This document shows positions 27,924 to 38,232 of a stretch of DNA of 53,599 nt, in pieces. The notes beneath the pieces are model-generated. The model made no database searches. It was not told the origin of the DNA and worked only from the letters and a program-made list of their open reading frames with translations. Made by a program: the position numbers and the translations under genes. Numbering within the stretch: the stretch's first letter is position 1; the number at the start of each line of letters is the position of its first letter. Origin of the DNA: a virus (taxonomy: Duplodnaviria > Caudoviricetes); the IMG/VR virus record IMGVR_UViG_3300044954_000264, positions 1 through 53,599 of that record; one strand, 5' to 3'.

Positions 27924-30269
27924 TTACTTCTTAGACTTAATTCCTGCGAGAAGCATCCAACGAGCTTGATCAATTTGATCTACACCACCAGAATTTGCTC
28001 CTGTCTGAGCGGACTCCGTTAGTTTTGCGCTTCCTGTGGAGGTAGGCTTAGAGGCCGAACCCGACAATTTGGTGGAAGATGCACTTTCTGCTAGGATTTT
28101 CTTAATTTTATTATAGGTGTCCTTTGCCTCTGCGAGATTTTTTGCCTTATCAAAATACTCAGCAATTTTTTGCTTCTGTTTTGTGGTAAGGTCCTCACGG
28201 ACTGCAAACTTGGAAACATATAGTGACTTTGCTGTAAGAAGCTTGCTTTCTGCAAGCTGGGCCTTGAGAGATTTCACGGCTGCGGCTGCCTTGGCGACAA
28301 CTACCGACTCTGCAAGAACAGGCTTTTTGCTACCAGTTTTATTTTCTTTGGTGACTGCTGGCCTTTTGGACTCAAGAGCTACTTCCTCTTCCTCTTCTTC
28401 TCCCGAAGGCTCACCTTCTTCTTCTGTGTCAAGGAGCATTTCCTCGCCCTCGTCGTCATCGACAAGTTCGATATCTCCGCCACCAGAGACTTCGCCTTCT
28501 GGCTCAGCTACAAAATCCTCTGTGGCTCCAGAAAGTAGTGCCTCAAGGTCATCTACGTCAATCTGGAAAGTAAGCTCTACCTGGTCTTCTCCACCACCGC
28601 CATGACCGGCTTCCATGGACTCGACACTAGGAGCACCACCGGCCATGTCCATCTCTGGCAGACCACACTCCTCAAGCTTTTCCTGCGATGGATCCTTGCC
28701 ACCCTCAGGTTTTGCAGAACCCTGATCTCCTTCTGGAACCGAAGGAGGCTTAAGGTGACCGTCTTTGTCAGTTCCCTTAAGAGCAGCTTCTTTCTTTACG
28801 GCTGCAAGCTTACGTGCAAGATTTTCCTTGCGGAGCTTTGAAACAGCCTCACGGAGTTCCTTCTCATCAAACTCCAAAATGGTATTTGCACCCTTTTCAT
28901 CAGCAAGGGCTGCTCCCTTGTGAACATCTGGGGATGCGTTTTCTGCGCCTTTTGCTTTCTCGCCATCACCGAAGGCACTGGAAGCTGGGGCGGACTCTAC
29001 AATTCCTGCGCCCTTTTCCTTGGCAAGAGCATCTGGGTTGTGAACCTTAGGAGACTTATTCTCTGCGTTGCCTTCCATCTTTCCATCACCGAAGGCGCTA
29101 GAGGCAGGAGCATCTTCCCCGAGGAGGGCTTCTGTCATTTCCTTGAGATCGCCTTCGCCTTCATTTTTCTCTTCAGTGGAAGCTGCTGCACCTTTTACCT
29201 GATCGGTCTTTGGGGCTTCTCCCTCTTTGAAGAGGTCAACTCCGGGCTGAACGCCCGAAACTTTTTCTGCATGGGCGGTTGCCTTATCAGCGGTAGCTGG
29301 TCCGAGGGCATCTTCCTCAAAAAGCTTTGCTGCAAATTCTCTAAGAGTGGTCATCTGTACTCCTTTTATCTCTTTGTAACTATTCTGTTGTTCAGCTTCA
29401 TTCAGCTTCATAAATAAAAATTCAAGCTTGTTTTCTGCAAGGCGTGCTTTTTTAGATGAAATAATGTCCTCATTAACAAGTTCATCTAGATTTTCACAAA
29501 GAGTAAATAGTCTCGATTTAAGCGATTCTTTTACCAATAGAGGTACACTTCCTCTAAAATAGAGATAATCTATTTTTTCAGCAACAACTCTTACGTCGTC
29601 TTGAAATTTAATAATTTTGGACTCTCCTGCAACTACTGGAGTTGGGAGTTCTTCTTCTGGCGGAACTGCTGCGGCACCGGCTTCTGGAGGCGTGGCTGCG
29701 GCTGGCGCAGGCGCAACTCCAGGCTGTATAGGTGCTGCAGGAGCCACTTGAGAGGCACCTGGCATTTGAGGACCGCCCATTGGCCCGCCTGGAGCAACTT
29801 CACCGCCAGGCGGCGTAACCATTCCCGATGCTGCTGTTGCATTTCCCAAGTCTCCTTCTGGGGGACTTGCAAGAGCATCTCCCCCGCCCATTGTAAATAA
29901 CTGCTGAAAATCTACGGTTATTTTGCCTTCGTCATCTGGCATTGGCATTCCGACCAATCCGCCGGCTGGGGAAATTGGTGCAGCATTTGGTGAGTCACCA
30001 GGAGTTACTGCTGGTTCCTCGACTGGTGGAACCGGTGCAGAACCCGGAGGCATTTCTCCAGGAGAAACAGGCTCCATTCCTGACATCGGATCATCAGAAG
30101 GAGTGTCCTCTTCCCCAAATAAGAAAGAACTGGTACTTGTAGCCTCCGAGGCTATAATTTTTTTGATATACGGAGTAACAGCCTCGATTATTTTGTTGCG
30201 GGCATCAAGCTCAGCAACTTCTCTCAGCTTTTTTGCTTCCGCAATGGCTTCTTTGTAAAGTTCACTCAT
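27924..30269 (-). CDS. Prohead core / scaffold protein (T4 gp22-like)
   Basis: MSELYKEAIAEAKKLRE start, highly acidic, C-terminal RWMLLAGI, immediately upstream of capsid gene. Confidence 0.8.
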   Translation of the reverse strand: MSELYKEAIAEAKKLREVAELDARNKIIEAVTPYIKKIIASEATSTSSFLFGEEDTPSDDPMSGMEPVSPGEMPPGSAPVPPVEEPAVTPGDSPNAAPISPAGGLVGMPMPDDEGKITVDFQQLFTMGGGDALASPPEGDLGNATAASGMVTPPGGEVAPGGPMGGPQMPGASQVAPAAPIQPGVAPAPAAATPPEAGAAAVPPEEELPTPVVAGESKIIKFQDDVRVVAEKIDYLYFRGSVPLLVKESLKSRLFTLCENLDELVNEDIISSKKARLAENKLEFLFMKLNEAEQQNSYKEIKGVQMTTLREFAAKLFEEDALGPATADKATAHAEKVSGVQPGVDLFKEGEAPKTDQVKGAAASTEEKNEGEGDLKEMTEALLGEDAPASSAFGDGKMEGNAENKSPKVHNPDALAKEKGAGIVESAPASSAFGDGEKAKGAENASPDVHKGAALADEKGANTILEFDEKELREAVSKLRKENLARKLAAVKKEAALKGTDKDGHLKPPSVPEGDQGSAKPEGGKDPSQEKLEECGLPEMDMAGGAPSVESMEAGHGGGGEDQVELTFQIDVDDLEALLSGATEDFVAEPEGEVSGGGDIELVDDDEGEEMLLDTEEEGEPSGEEEEEEVALESKRPAVTKENKTGSKKPVLAESVVVAKAAAAVKSLKAQLAESKLLTAKSLYVSKFAVREDLTTKQKQKIAEYFDKAKNLAEAKDTYNKIKKILAESASSTKLSGSASKPTSTGSAKLTESAQTGANSGGVDQIDQARWMLLAGIKSKK

Positions 30270-30306
30270 AATAGATTTGCCTCAAAGCAGTAATTACTAA
30301 GCAAAA

Positions 30307-30789
30307 TTACGGTTCTCTGCTTGATCTACCGAAAATTAAATCCCCAATACGTCTAGCGCCAATTTTGGCAGATGTTCTGTGTGGGCTTTCAAGACCGTTA
30401 CCTATGAAAGCGCCGCCGCCGCCCTTGGAATTTTCTGTAGCCTCAACACCAGCCTCAGGAATTCCGCTTGGGTTGTGTGGGTCAGTAGGAGCTACTGCAA
30501 TATTTGGACCAAATGGAGATCCCGGCAAACCACCGCCGCCAACTACAACCTCGGCGAGATTTGGAGAATCCTGATAGTCTCTGTTAATAGTACCGAAAGT
30601 ATGTCCACCGTCAGAAATAACAGGAGCCTGATTAAGCGTCTGGAAGAATTCCTCAACAATTCTATCGTTTAAGGTGCCATCGTTTACAGGAGACCCAGAA
30701 TAAATAATACTAAGGTCAGCCGTAGAAGAAGAACCAAGACCAAAGGTTCTTATAGGAGCTTCAACTTTTATCTGCTTATGTGTAGGCAT
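30307..30789 (-). CDS. Hypothetical Gly/Pro-rich virion-module protein
   Basis: 160-aa ORF in head module with late motif upstream. Confidence 0.6.
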   Translation of the reverse strand: MPTHKQIKVEAPIRTFGLGSSSTADLSIIYSGSPVNDGTLNDRIVEEFFQTLNQAPVISDGGHTFGTINRDYQDSPNLAEVVVGGGGLPGSPFGPNIAVAPTDPHNPSGIPEAGVEATENSKGGGGAFIGNGLESPHRTSAKIGARRIGDLIFGRSSREP

Positions 30790-30835
30790 ACTTTAAATAA
30801 ATTCCTTTTCTATAAATACGCAACAGTAGTGAATT

Positions 30836-31321
30836 TTACCTTTTTCTCTTATTTCCACCAAAGGCTGCTAATGCCCACCGTGACACATTTCCACCAGACA
30901 TAGCCTTAAGCTGAGCCTCATCCAAGGCGGCTATTTCCCCAGAAACAGGAGCTTCATTATATAGAGCCCCAGCATTACCGAAGGCATCACCATTGCTAAG
31001 TTGCCTCTGAAGAGTAGTCATAGCCGTGTCAAGCATTATCTCCTCGAAAAGACCTTTGCGTTCTTTTGGCTGTGCAGAAGTAACATTTTTAACAGCTTCC
31101 AAAAGCTTAGGATTCACATTAGGCATGTTTTCGGAAGGAGTACTATTTTGTTGACCATACCCATAAAGAAGAGAGGGAGACTTAGCTTCTACTATCTGTG
31201 CAGGTTTGCTGAACTTGCTCTCCGCAATTTTTTCTAGCTTTTTGTCAAAAGCTCCTTCATTTATGAGTTCCGACAGGCACTCCTTCATAAGGGTTTTAAA
31301 TTGTGACCTTGACATTTTCAT
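30836..31321 (-). CDS. Hypothetical head-module protein
   Basis: MKMSRSQFKTLMKECLSELINE; overlaps protease stop codon. Confidence 0.65.
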   Translation of the reverse strand: MKMSRSQFKTLMKECLSELINEGAFDKKLEKIAESKFSKPAQIVEAKSPSLLYGYGQQNSTPSENMPNVNPKLLEAVKNVTSAQPKERKGLFEEIMLDTAMTTLQRQLSNGDAFGNAGALYNEAPVSGEIAALDEAQLKAMSGGNVSRWALAAFGGNKRKR

Positions 31322-31965
31322 AGTTTTCGTATACCCAAAATTTCATTTACAATTCTATCAATTCTGTCAGACTTTTTAAGAAAATTGTCTACTTCCTTCT
31401 TTTGTTCTCTTGTTAATTCTCTTGCTTCCCTCATCATAAAGGCACCAGGCGTAGAGGGTTCACTTACGAAGTCCCAGCAAATAAGCTGAAGATCATCCTG
31501 TACCACAGCCGTATTTTGCTGCTGCTTTACAGAACCAACGGCTCTGGAAGAAATACCAACTTTAATGCCGTTATTGAACAGAGTCTTAAGCTGACGCCCC
31601 TGATCCATGTCTTCCAAAATTTCCACACGCCCCCAGACTATATCTCCCTCCCACCAAACATCCGTAATAACATGAGAGACTGTCTTAAGGTTAACCACAG
31701 GTTCATCTGCGTGGTCTAGTTCTCCGGTTGCCCTTCGTTCTTTTACCAGCTTCATGTAGTTGTTAATTTCTCTTTCCAAAATATCTTTTGGATAAACTCT
31801 TCCGTTTTGATTAAGGGTATTTGCTCTCTGGAGAATTCCCTTAACCATCATATTTCCGTACTTGGACTTCTTTGGAGAACCTGCGTCGTCCAACTCTTTT
31901 GTGTAGTCAAACTCAGCAAATTCCCTTAGGAGATAAAGTTTTTTATCGTTAGTTTCTTCAGTCAT
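31318..31965 (-). CDS. Prohead protease (T4 gp21-like)
   Basis: NQNGRVYP, GELDH, GISSRAVGS, WDFVSEPSTPGA. Confidence 0.95.
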   Translation of the reverse strand: MTEETNDKKLYLLREFAEFDYTKELDDAGSPKKSKYGNMMVKGILQRANTLNQNGRVYPKDILEREINNYMKLVKERRATGELDHADEPVVNLKTVSHVITDVWWEGDIVWGRVEILEDMDQGRQLKTLFNNGIKVGISSRAVGSVKQQQNTAVVQDDLQLICWDFVSEPSTPGAFMMREARELTREQKKEVDNFLKKSDRIDRIVNEILGIRKL

Positions 31966-32860
31966 TTTGACTTAATTCCTTTTGTAGCTTTACAAGAGTC
32001 ATGTAAAACATTATAGTTTCGTCATTGAATTTAGAGGTGTCCCTGTACTCACTAAGAAGTAAATTCTTTATGCCCATAAACTTCTTTGACAGGTGTTCTG
32101 ACAAAACTTCAGACCCTAGCTTCTTTGTTGTAAGGGCACCATCTACGAGTTTTAGGGTTGTTTCCCTAATGTTCTCAAGGGTATTTTTAAGATTATTCTT
32201 GGACTGATCACTTGTTTTTGAAAAAACGTAGTTAGAAACTATGTTTTTTTGTTCCTCGAAAAGTTCCTTGCCAAATTTGGAGTTGAACTTCTCTGACATT
32301 ATAGACACAACCAGGCCGTCAATTTCTTTGTCGATCTGGGAGTTATCCATTTCGAGATAGGTAGACACCCCAGAGATGGCATCTTTCTTCCTGCAGAGGT
32401 GCTCAAGGAGAGTATCCTCCAAATTTGCCATTTCTGTTAAGGACTCCACAAGTCTCTTGTCTCTCCAGTTGTTTAGGAGAACCTGGATGCTTGCCTGTAG
32501 TTTGTAGTCCGAAACCTCACGGGCAAAAAAGTTTTTATCTCCAAGCGAGTTGTTTATCTCGTGGATTAACTTGGTTTTCTCTAGTTCTAGTACCTTAGAG
32601 TCGAGGGTTGTCTCTGCAAGGGTTCTAACTCTTTCTACCAGTTTCGCCGCTGCCTCTTTTGAGGAAACGTTAGTTTCGTAAAGAGCCTTGAAGAGTTTCC
32701 ACTCTTGCGCAATCGCGGCTGAGCCGAGAAAATGCTTTTTGTAAAGAGCGGTAGCCTTTTCTATTGCGGAATGCTTTTGTTCAACCAAAGCATTTGCAAT
32801 ATACTTGGCAAAAAAATCATTCAAAAGACCAACGTTTCTTTTTTTGTTGTGATATAACAT
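31958..32860 (-). CDS. Hypothetical head-module protein between portal and protease
   Basis: 300 aa, starts HNKKRNVGLL. Confidence 0.65.
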   Translation of the reverse strand: MLYHNKKRNVGLLNDFFAKYIANALVEQKHSAIEKATALYKKHFLGSAAIAQEWKLFKALYETNVSSKEAAAKLVERVRTLAETTLDSKVLELEKTKLIHEINNSLGDKNFFAREVSDYKLQASIQVLLNNWRDKRLVESLTEMANLEDTLLEHLCRKKDAISGVSTYLEMDNSQIDKEIDGLVVSIMSEKFNSKFGKELFEEQKNIVSNYVFSKTSDQSKNNLKNTLENIRETTLKLVDGALTTKKLGSEVLSEHLSKKFMGIKNLLLSEYRDTSKFNDETIMFYMTLVKLQKELSQND

Positions 32861-32939
32861 CTACAGAACCTCAATGCCCAAAGATTTTTACCTTAGTACC
32901 AGATGGCAATCTATAAATAGACCATAAAAAAATCTATTT

Positions 32940-35066
32940 TCACTCTTCTGTCTTTATTTTATTTTGTTTTTGACTCAATTCTTGATTTTCTTCAAAGTCA
33001 AAATCAATTTCCTCATTATCATCCCCGCCAATATCTATTTTACCTTCTCCCTTCATTTCGGCTTCCAAAATTAAGGATAGGTCATCAGGCGAGGAAGAAG
33101 AGGCGGTAGAACTGTTCAAATTTAGTTCTTTTTCAAGGCGCTCCTCAAGGTTTTCTACAATCATCTTTGGCTTTGTTGTTCCAAAGAAGTCGTCCATTTT
33201 CTCAAACATATTTTTTATTTCTTTGGATATTTGTGGTGGTTTTTTGAGGATATTTTCTAATTCCCTCTGTTCTCGTTGGCTTTTGAAGAAATTCATATCA
33301 AAATGATCGGTATTAAATTGGTGTTTCCCTGAATAATCCAGCATTTTGCTGAACTGGGGCATTGCAAGATTTGCAGCACCGCCCATTCCAACTCTTCTTT
33401 TGTCATTTCTGCGTCTTCTGGTGGCATACGGGGTTACTTTAATTGGAGTCTGCCCCGGAATGGTTTCTGCCTTTATAAGCCCCCCAGATGAATCTAGTTT
33501 TGCAATTCCTTGCATAAGTTCCTGGTCGGAAACTCCGGCGGTGTTGCCCTGGCCTGTCGGCTCCTTTTCCACGTCGGCTCCAGGAACTTGATAGTTGGAT
33601 TGGTCAAAAGGATCCACAACTGCCTGACGTTCCTGATTTTCTTCCGAGACTGCTATTGCCTCAAGTTCTTTCTGATAAAGAATATCTTCCTTTCTGTTTT
33701 GTTTTGCCTTGGCTATGTCCTCTGGGGTGAATCCAAGAATTTCTCCCTGTATCCACTCCTCGGAAACAAGGACGGACTCCTTGAACTTAGAGGCTATGTC
33801 AATTCTGTCATTCCACAAGGCAAGCTTTTGCTGGACTGCCACAGAGGATGGATTTGACAAGAACAATTCAAAATTAATCAAATCTTCTCCGTCAAATCCC
33901 TTGGCATAGAGATGAATCATCGCTAGCTTGTTCATTTCTGCAATGATAATTTTCTGAATAATATTGATAGTTCTAGAGAATCTTATGTCCTCTTGTGCAA
34001 GAGTTGCCTTGGAGCTTAAGGACTCATCAAATCCAAGATAAGCTCTTGGAATTTTAAGAGCAGAGAACAACTTCTTTTGAAGGTATTCCACGTCTTCTGT
34101 GGCAGAGACATGCTGACCACCAGCAAGAGTTTCAATCTTCGTTCCTCCAGCTTCTCCTCTAACTGGAATAAAGTAGTCCTCATCTACGGCCACAGGATTG
34201 TATCTGTAGTCCATTCTTCCGTTTACTTTATCTACCAGCGTATTTGACCGAAGGGAAGCCTTTGCTTTTTCCATGAAGGATGGAATGTCATTTGGTGCAG
34301 TATTTCCAACGTCGATATAGAAAACTCTGCGCTCTGGTGAGCGCACAACTCTATACACGAGCATGGCGTCTTCCATCATTATTAACTGTCGCCAAATTCT
34401 TCTTGCGGGCTCAAGGATACTTGTGCCGTATGGAAGGAACAAGTCGTTTCCAAGAATTCTAAAGTGAGATACTTGCCAGTTTTCCAGAATTTTATTGCCC
34501 CTTGTAAGCCACTTAAATCTTATGGCATATGGGTCCTCTGGGTCAAATCCTTCCTCGCGTTCAATTTCGTTAACGGGAATTGGCACGCAATTTATAACTC
34601 CAACATTTGGCACAACCTCGTTATACAGAAGAAAATCTCCATGCTTACAAAGATTGCGAACCCATGGCCTGAGATTAAACTCCGAATTTATGGTGTCGTA
34701 AAAAAGTTCCTCTAAGGATTTTTTAATTTCTGGATTTTCTGAGTAAATGTGAAAGCACTTACCCTTTTCGTCACTTGAACAACTTTCATCTGCATAAATG
34801 TCAAGAGCAGCACCAATTTCTGCAGTTTGCTCCATTTCGGCAAACTCAGCATAACGACTTATGCGGTCCAATATGCCGTAGCCGCCTAGAATGCTGAACG
34901 GAGAAGATTCTTTGCCGAAGGGCGCAGGACCCCTGTACCCAAGATTATTCTGGACTATAGACTTATCGTAAAAGGCTTTGTAGTCATAACCTTTTACACG
35001 TCTTTGAATTGCTGGCCCGCTTCTAAAAAGTCTCGTGAGACGTTGAAAGAAATTATCATTTGCCAT
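32940..35066 (-). CDS. Portal protein (T4 gp20-like)
   Basis: MEDAMLVYRVVRSPERRVFYIDVGN, EDYFIPVRG, IETLAGG, LAQEDIRFSRTI. Confidence 0.96.
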   Translation of the reverse strand: MANDNFFQRLTRLFRSGPAIQRRVKGYDYKAFYDKSIVQNNLGYRGPAPFGKESSPFSILGGYGILDRISRYAEFAEMEQTAEIGAALDIYADESCSSDEKGKCFHIYSENPEIKKSLEELFYDTINSEFNLRPWVRNLCKHGDFLLYNEVVPNVGVINCVPIPVNEIEREEGFDPEDPYAIRFKWLTRGNKILENWQVSHFRILGNDLFLPYGTSILEPARRIWRQLIMMEDAMLVYRVVRSPERRVFYIDVGNTAPNDIPSFMEKAKASLRSNTLVDKVNGRMDYRYNPVAVDEDYFIPVRGEAGGTKIETLAGGQHVSATEDVEYLQKKLFSALKIPRAYLGFDESLSSKATLAQEDIRFSRTINIIQKIIIAEMNKLAMIHLYAKGFDGEDLINFELFLSNPSSVAVQQKLALWNDRIDIASKFKESVLVSEEWIQGEILGFTPEDIAKAKQNRKEDILYQKELEAIAVSEENQERQAVVDPFDQSNYQVPGADVEKEPTGQGNTAGVSDQELMQGIAKLDSSGGLIKAETIPGQTPIKVTPYATRRRRNDKRRVGMGGAANLAMPQFSKMLDYSGKHQFNTDHFDMNFFKSQREQRELENILKKPPQISKEIKNMFEKMDDFFGTTKPKMIVENLEERLEKELNLNSSTASSSSPDDLSLILEAEMKGEGKIDIGGDDNEEIDFDFEENQELSQKQNKIKTEE

Positions 35067-35157
35067 TCTATGCTCTACTTTATAATCAGATTACCAAAAA
35101 GTCTAAATGTTGTTATTTTGTCATCTGTTTCTTGAGGTATAATTAGGAAAGAAATCC

Positions 35158-35499
35158 ATGACAACCACAAGACAAATAATTCTTGATAAATTGTACTATG
35201 TGGCAAGATATATTGGAGACCAAACCACAGACTGGTTCCGTGTAAAAAGAGAACTTTTATGCGTACTTCCTCCTAAAGCCAGGTCTTTTCTTTCAAAAAG
35301 ACATAAAACGAGCAAAAAACACTTTATAAATGACCTTGAACTTGAACTAATTAAGTCCTGGAAAGAAATAACGGGGATCCAGTTACAAGTGGATGACTCA
35401 AGACTCCATAAATCCTCTGATGAACGTCCACCAAGATACTGGGGACTCATGGAATATAACAAAAAGAGACAGGCAGCAAAGAAAAATGCAAAAAAATGA
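35158..35499 (+). CDS. Hypothetical basic protein
   Basis: 113-aa ORF divergent from portal. Confidence 0.55.
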   Translation: MTTTRQIILDKLYYVARYIGDQTTDWFRVKRELLCVLPPKARSFLSKRHKTSKKHFINDLELELIKSWKEITGIQLQVDDSRLHKSSDERPPRYWGLMEYNKKRQAAKKNAKK

Positions 35500-36628
35500 C
35501 TTAAAAGAATATATTGCCCTGCTCGTGGAAAAAGAAATTCGTCTTCTTTCCGAAGACGATGGTGGCGGAGGAGACTACGGCGGTTATGGGTTTGATATTG
35601 GTGCCTATGGCGGCGGCGGAACACCACCTGGACTTCTCAGGGCCATAGGCGGAGCCGTCAGTGACACCTTTAAAACAGCCGGGTATGCTGCTGAAAAAGT
35701 AGCCGGGGCTGCAATAGGACTGGTAAAAGGACTCAGCTATATTATTCCTACTATTTTAATTCCAGGTCTGGAGTTCAACTATGAACTCTTCAGAAAAGAT
35801 GAAAATGCCAGAATGGCAGAAATTAAAGGTAAATACAAGGATGTTCTCGGAAGAAACTGGGAAGCCCTAAAAGATCCCGATGTATTCGGTTTCTTGTTTC
35901 TTGCTAACCCACAGGCCATGCTTGGTTTTTCGGCAATCAAGAGAAGCCCTCTAGCCGTTCTCCATCTTCTTGAGACGATAACTGGCGGCATGGATTCTAT
36001 CACCAGTCTTAGACAAAGACTCGCCTCCTCGGCTGCCTACACCCCAAGAACAACCCCTCCGGCAACTCCTCCATCTGGCGGCGGGGGAGGAATGGGTTAT
36101 GATGATGGAGGCATGGGAGGATTTGGAGAAAGTCGCAAGAGAGGAAACAATCTCCTAGAACAAAATCCTGTTCCGCCACAGCAGCAGCAACAGCAACCGC
36201 CGCAGCAGCCTCAAGCCGCTCAGCAAGCAGGAGGCGTAGAACAAGAAATAATGGCCCTCATTAAGCAGCCAGAAGTTCAACAGGCCATTGCTTCCTCGCC
36301 TATTTTCCAAGATATGCAAAAGGCATCAGTTGACATTATGATGGCTCCAGTTTTAAGATTTCTAAAGGCCCAAAACCTTGAACAAATGAAGGGCTTTATA
36401 GATCCCGCTGCTATTGAAAAAGCAAAGGCAGAATTAAACAAAAATCCCGAGTTCCAAAAGGCAAACCCCCAAACCAAACAACAGGTGGCGGGAGAATTTA
36501 TCAAGAAGGTTAAACTTGCTTATGTAGATCAGTATGTTAAGTGGCTTTCAGGTATGACGAAAGACAATCCAGGAGCCAAGCCTGAGGTAAATGCCGCCGC
36601 TGCAAAGTTAAAGGCCGCAGTTAAATAA
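35486..36628 (+). CDS. Hypothetical protein with Gly-rich and Gln/Pro-rich segments, candidate injected head protein
   Basis: Likely start MQKNDLKEYIALLVE; hydrophobic central segment. Confidence 0.65.
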   Translation: MQKNDLKEYIALLVEKEIRLLSEDDGGGGDYGGYGFDIGAYGGGGTPPGLLRAIGGAVSDTFKTAGYAAEKVAGAAIGLVKGLSYIIPTILIPGLEFNYELFRKDENARMAEIKGKYKDVLGRNWEALKDPDVFGFLFLANPQAMLGFSAIKRSPLAVLHLLETITGGMDSITSLRQRLASSAAYTPRTTPPATPPSGGGGGMGYDDGGMGGFGESRKRGNNLLEQNPVPPQQQQQQPPQQPQAAQQAGGVEQEIMALIKQPEVQQAIASSPIFQDMQKASVDIMMAPVLRFLKAQNLEQMKGFIDPAAIEKAKAELNKNPEFQKANPQTKQQVAGEFIKKVKLAYVDQYVKWLSGMTKDNPGAKPEVNAAAAKLKAAVK

Positions 36629-36690
36629 GAATATACACTCTGGTTTTAACAAATTAAGCTGTACTTGTTAGACATGGAGTAGTATTCTTT

Positions 36691-36954
36691 ATGACAGACG
36701 GTGCAGACTTACAGCCAAATTCACTAACAGACCTAAAGCCCATTATTAAGGAATTCGTTCAAAGACTCTCACAAATAGAGCATGAAATAGAAACCTTAAC
36801 TAATGACAAAAAAGAACTTTTTGAGGAGTTCTCTCAGAAGGTGGACATTAAGGAATTAAAAGCCGCTCTTAGAGTTCACAAAATACAACAAAAAGTGAGT
36901 CATAGGTTTGCTTTTGATAGCATTCTAGAATGTTTAGAGGATCCAACCTCCTAA
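36691..36954 (+). CDS. Small dsDNA-binding protein (T4 DsbA / GapR-like)
   Basis: IKEFVQRLSQIEHEIETLTNDKKELFEE...DIKELKAALR pattern. Confidence 0.65.
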   Translation: MTDGADLQPNSLTDLKPIIKEFVQRLSQIEHEIETLTNDKKELFEEFSQKVDIKELKAALRVHKIQQKVSHRFAFDSILECLEDPTS

Positions 36955-36962
36955 AGGAAACT

Positions 36963-37361
36963 ATGGCGCAAACCAAAAATAATGACAAGTACGAAATTCC
37001 CACAATTCTATACGAGGAACCAAGGCCCGGGGAACCACCAAATCCAATTCCCTATATTGACGTTCCAAAAGATGGAAAAATGCCACCTGTTTTATTTATC
37101 TTTGAATATAAACAAACAGGTGAGTTTGAACCAGGCCCTAATGGGAATCCTATAGAAATAATTGATCAGTTGCCACATAAGTTCTTGGACATGGAATTTC
37201 TAAAGGAAAAACTTCCACCTCACTTGAATGACATGGTTAGAACTTTAGTTGGAATGAAGCCACTAAAAGAAGCCCAGAAAGAGGGTCAGGTTATTCTTGA
37301 TAAAGTACATCAGAATGTTGAGCAAAAAATTGCTGACACCAAAAAGAAAAAGAAGGACTGA
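36963..37361 (+). CDS. Hypothetical protein
   Basis: ATG at 36963 with AAGGA SD. Confidence 0.6.
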   Translation: MAQTKNNDKYEIPTILYEEPRPGEPPNPIPYIDVPKDGKMPPVLFIFEYKQTGEFEPGPNGNPIEIIDQLPHKFLDMEFLKEKLPPHLNDMVRTLVGMKPLKEAQKEGQVILDKVHQNVEQKIADTKKKKKD

Positions 37362-37366
37362 AAAAT

Positions 37367-37570
37367 ATGAGATTACATAAAAGTGTTATTGATAAATTAG
37401 TTTACCTTTGCCAGACATATGGGGGTTATGAACATGAGCACAAACTTCGTGCCAAGTTTAATGAAGTAGACCTTACTCCGTATGAAAGAAAAGAGCAAAA
37501 TACGGGCGAGGTTATTCTGGTTCTTACGGATGACTATATCCGCGAGCTAGAAGGTAAGAAAAAGGCTTGA
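37367..37570 (+). CDS. Hypothetical protein
   Basis: 67-aa ORF with AAGGA SD. Confidence 0.55.
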   Translation: MRLHKSVIDKLVYLCQTYGGYEHEHKLRAKFNEVDLTPYERKEQNTGEVILVLTDDYIRELEGKKKA

Positions 37571-37605
37571 AAATCCAAGTACAATACTTGGTGGAGTATA
37601 GATAA

Positions 37606-38220
37606 ATGGAAACCAAAAATTTTGAAATTGGACAAGTTGTCTATATTTTGTCTGAGCAGGCTCAAACAATTCTTCCAGGAATTGTTGCAGAGGAAGTGGT
37701 CATTAGAAAACTTACAGGAAATAGTGTTTCCTGGAAAATAAAAGTAGGCCATGGAGACAAAGCCAAACTATTTGACTCTGCTAAAATAAAGGGAGAAGTG
37801 TATGGCTCTCTCGATGAAGTGAGAGCCATAATGACTAAACGCCTAAACGAATATATTGATAAAATTTCTTTAGAGGCGCAGGAACGTGTTGAAAAGTGGT
37901 ATGGTAAAGAAATAGCAGACAGGGAAAGGCAGCAGCAGTCTCAAATGACCGTACCAAGCCCTCCTAGTGTTGACGACAGAATAGACCCAGATATTTTATT
38001 ATCTACCATCGAAAACGGTCCTCCTTCCCCTAAGTTTACCCCGGATGCCACAGCTATGTCGGCAGATCCCAAAAGGGCACTAAAAAGCCATCTAACGTCT
38101 CTTGCCATTCCATCTCCAGAAGAAGATTTGGAGTCTGGCGAGGGTGAAACTTTCATTCAGGGGCCAAATGGGGAAAGAATTCGTGTTAGAATGCCAAAAC
38201 CAAAAATGACTCTATCTTGA
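37606..38220 (+). CDS. Hypothetical protein
   Basis: 204-aa ORF, FEIGQVVYI start, GGAG upstream. Confidence 0.6.
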   Translation: METKNFEIGQVVYILSEQAQTILPGIVAEEVVIRKLTGNSVSWKIKVGHGDKAKLFDSAKIKGEVYGSLDEVRAIMTKRLNEYIDKISLEAQERVEKWYGKEIADRERQQQSQMTVPSPPSVDDRIDPDILLSTIENGPPSPKFTPDATAMSADPKRALKSHLTSLAIPSPEEDLESGEGETFIQGPNGERIRVRMPKPKMTLS

Positions 38221-38232
38221 TGTGTTTATAGT

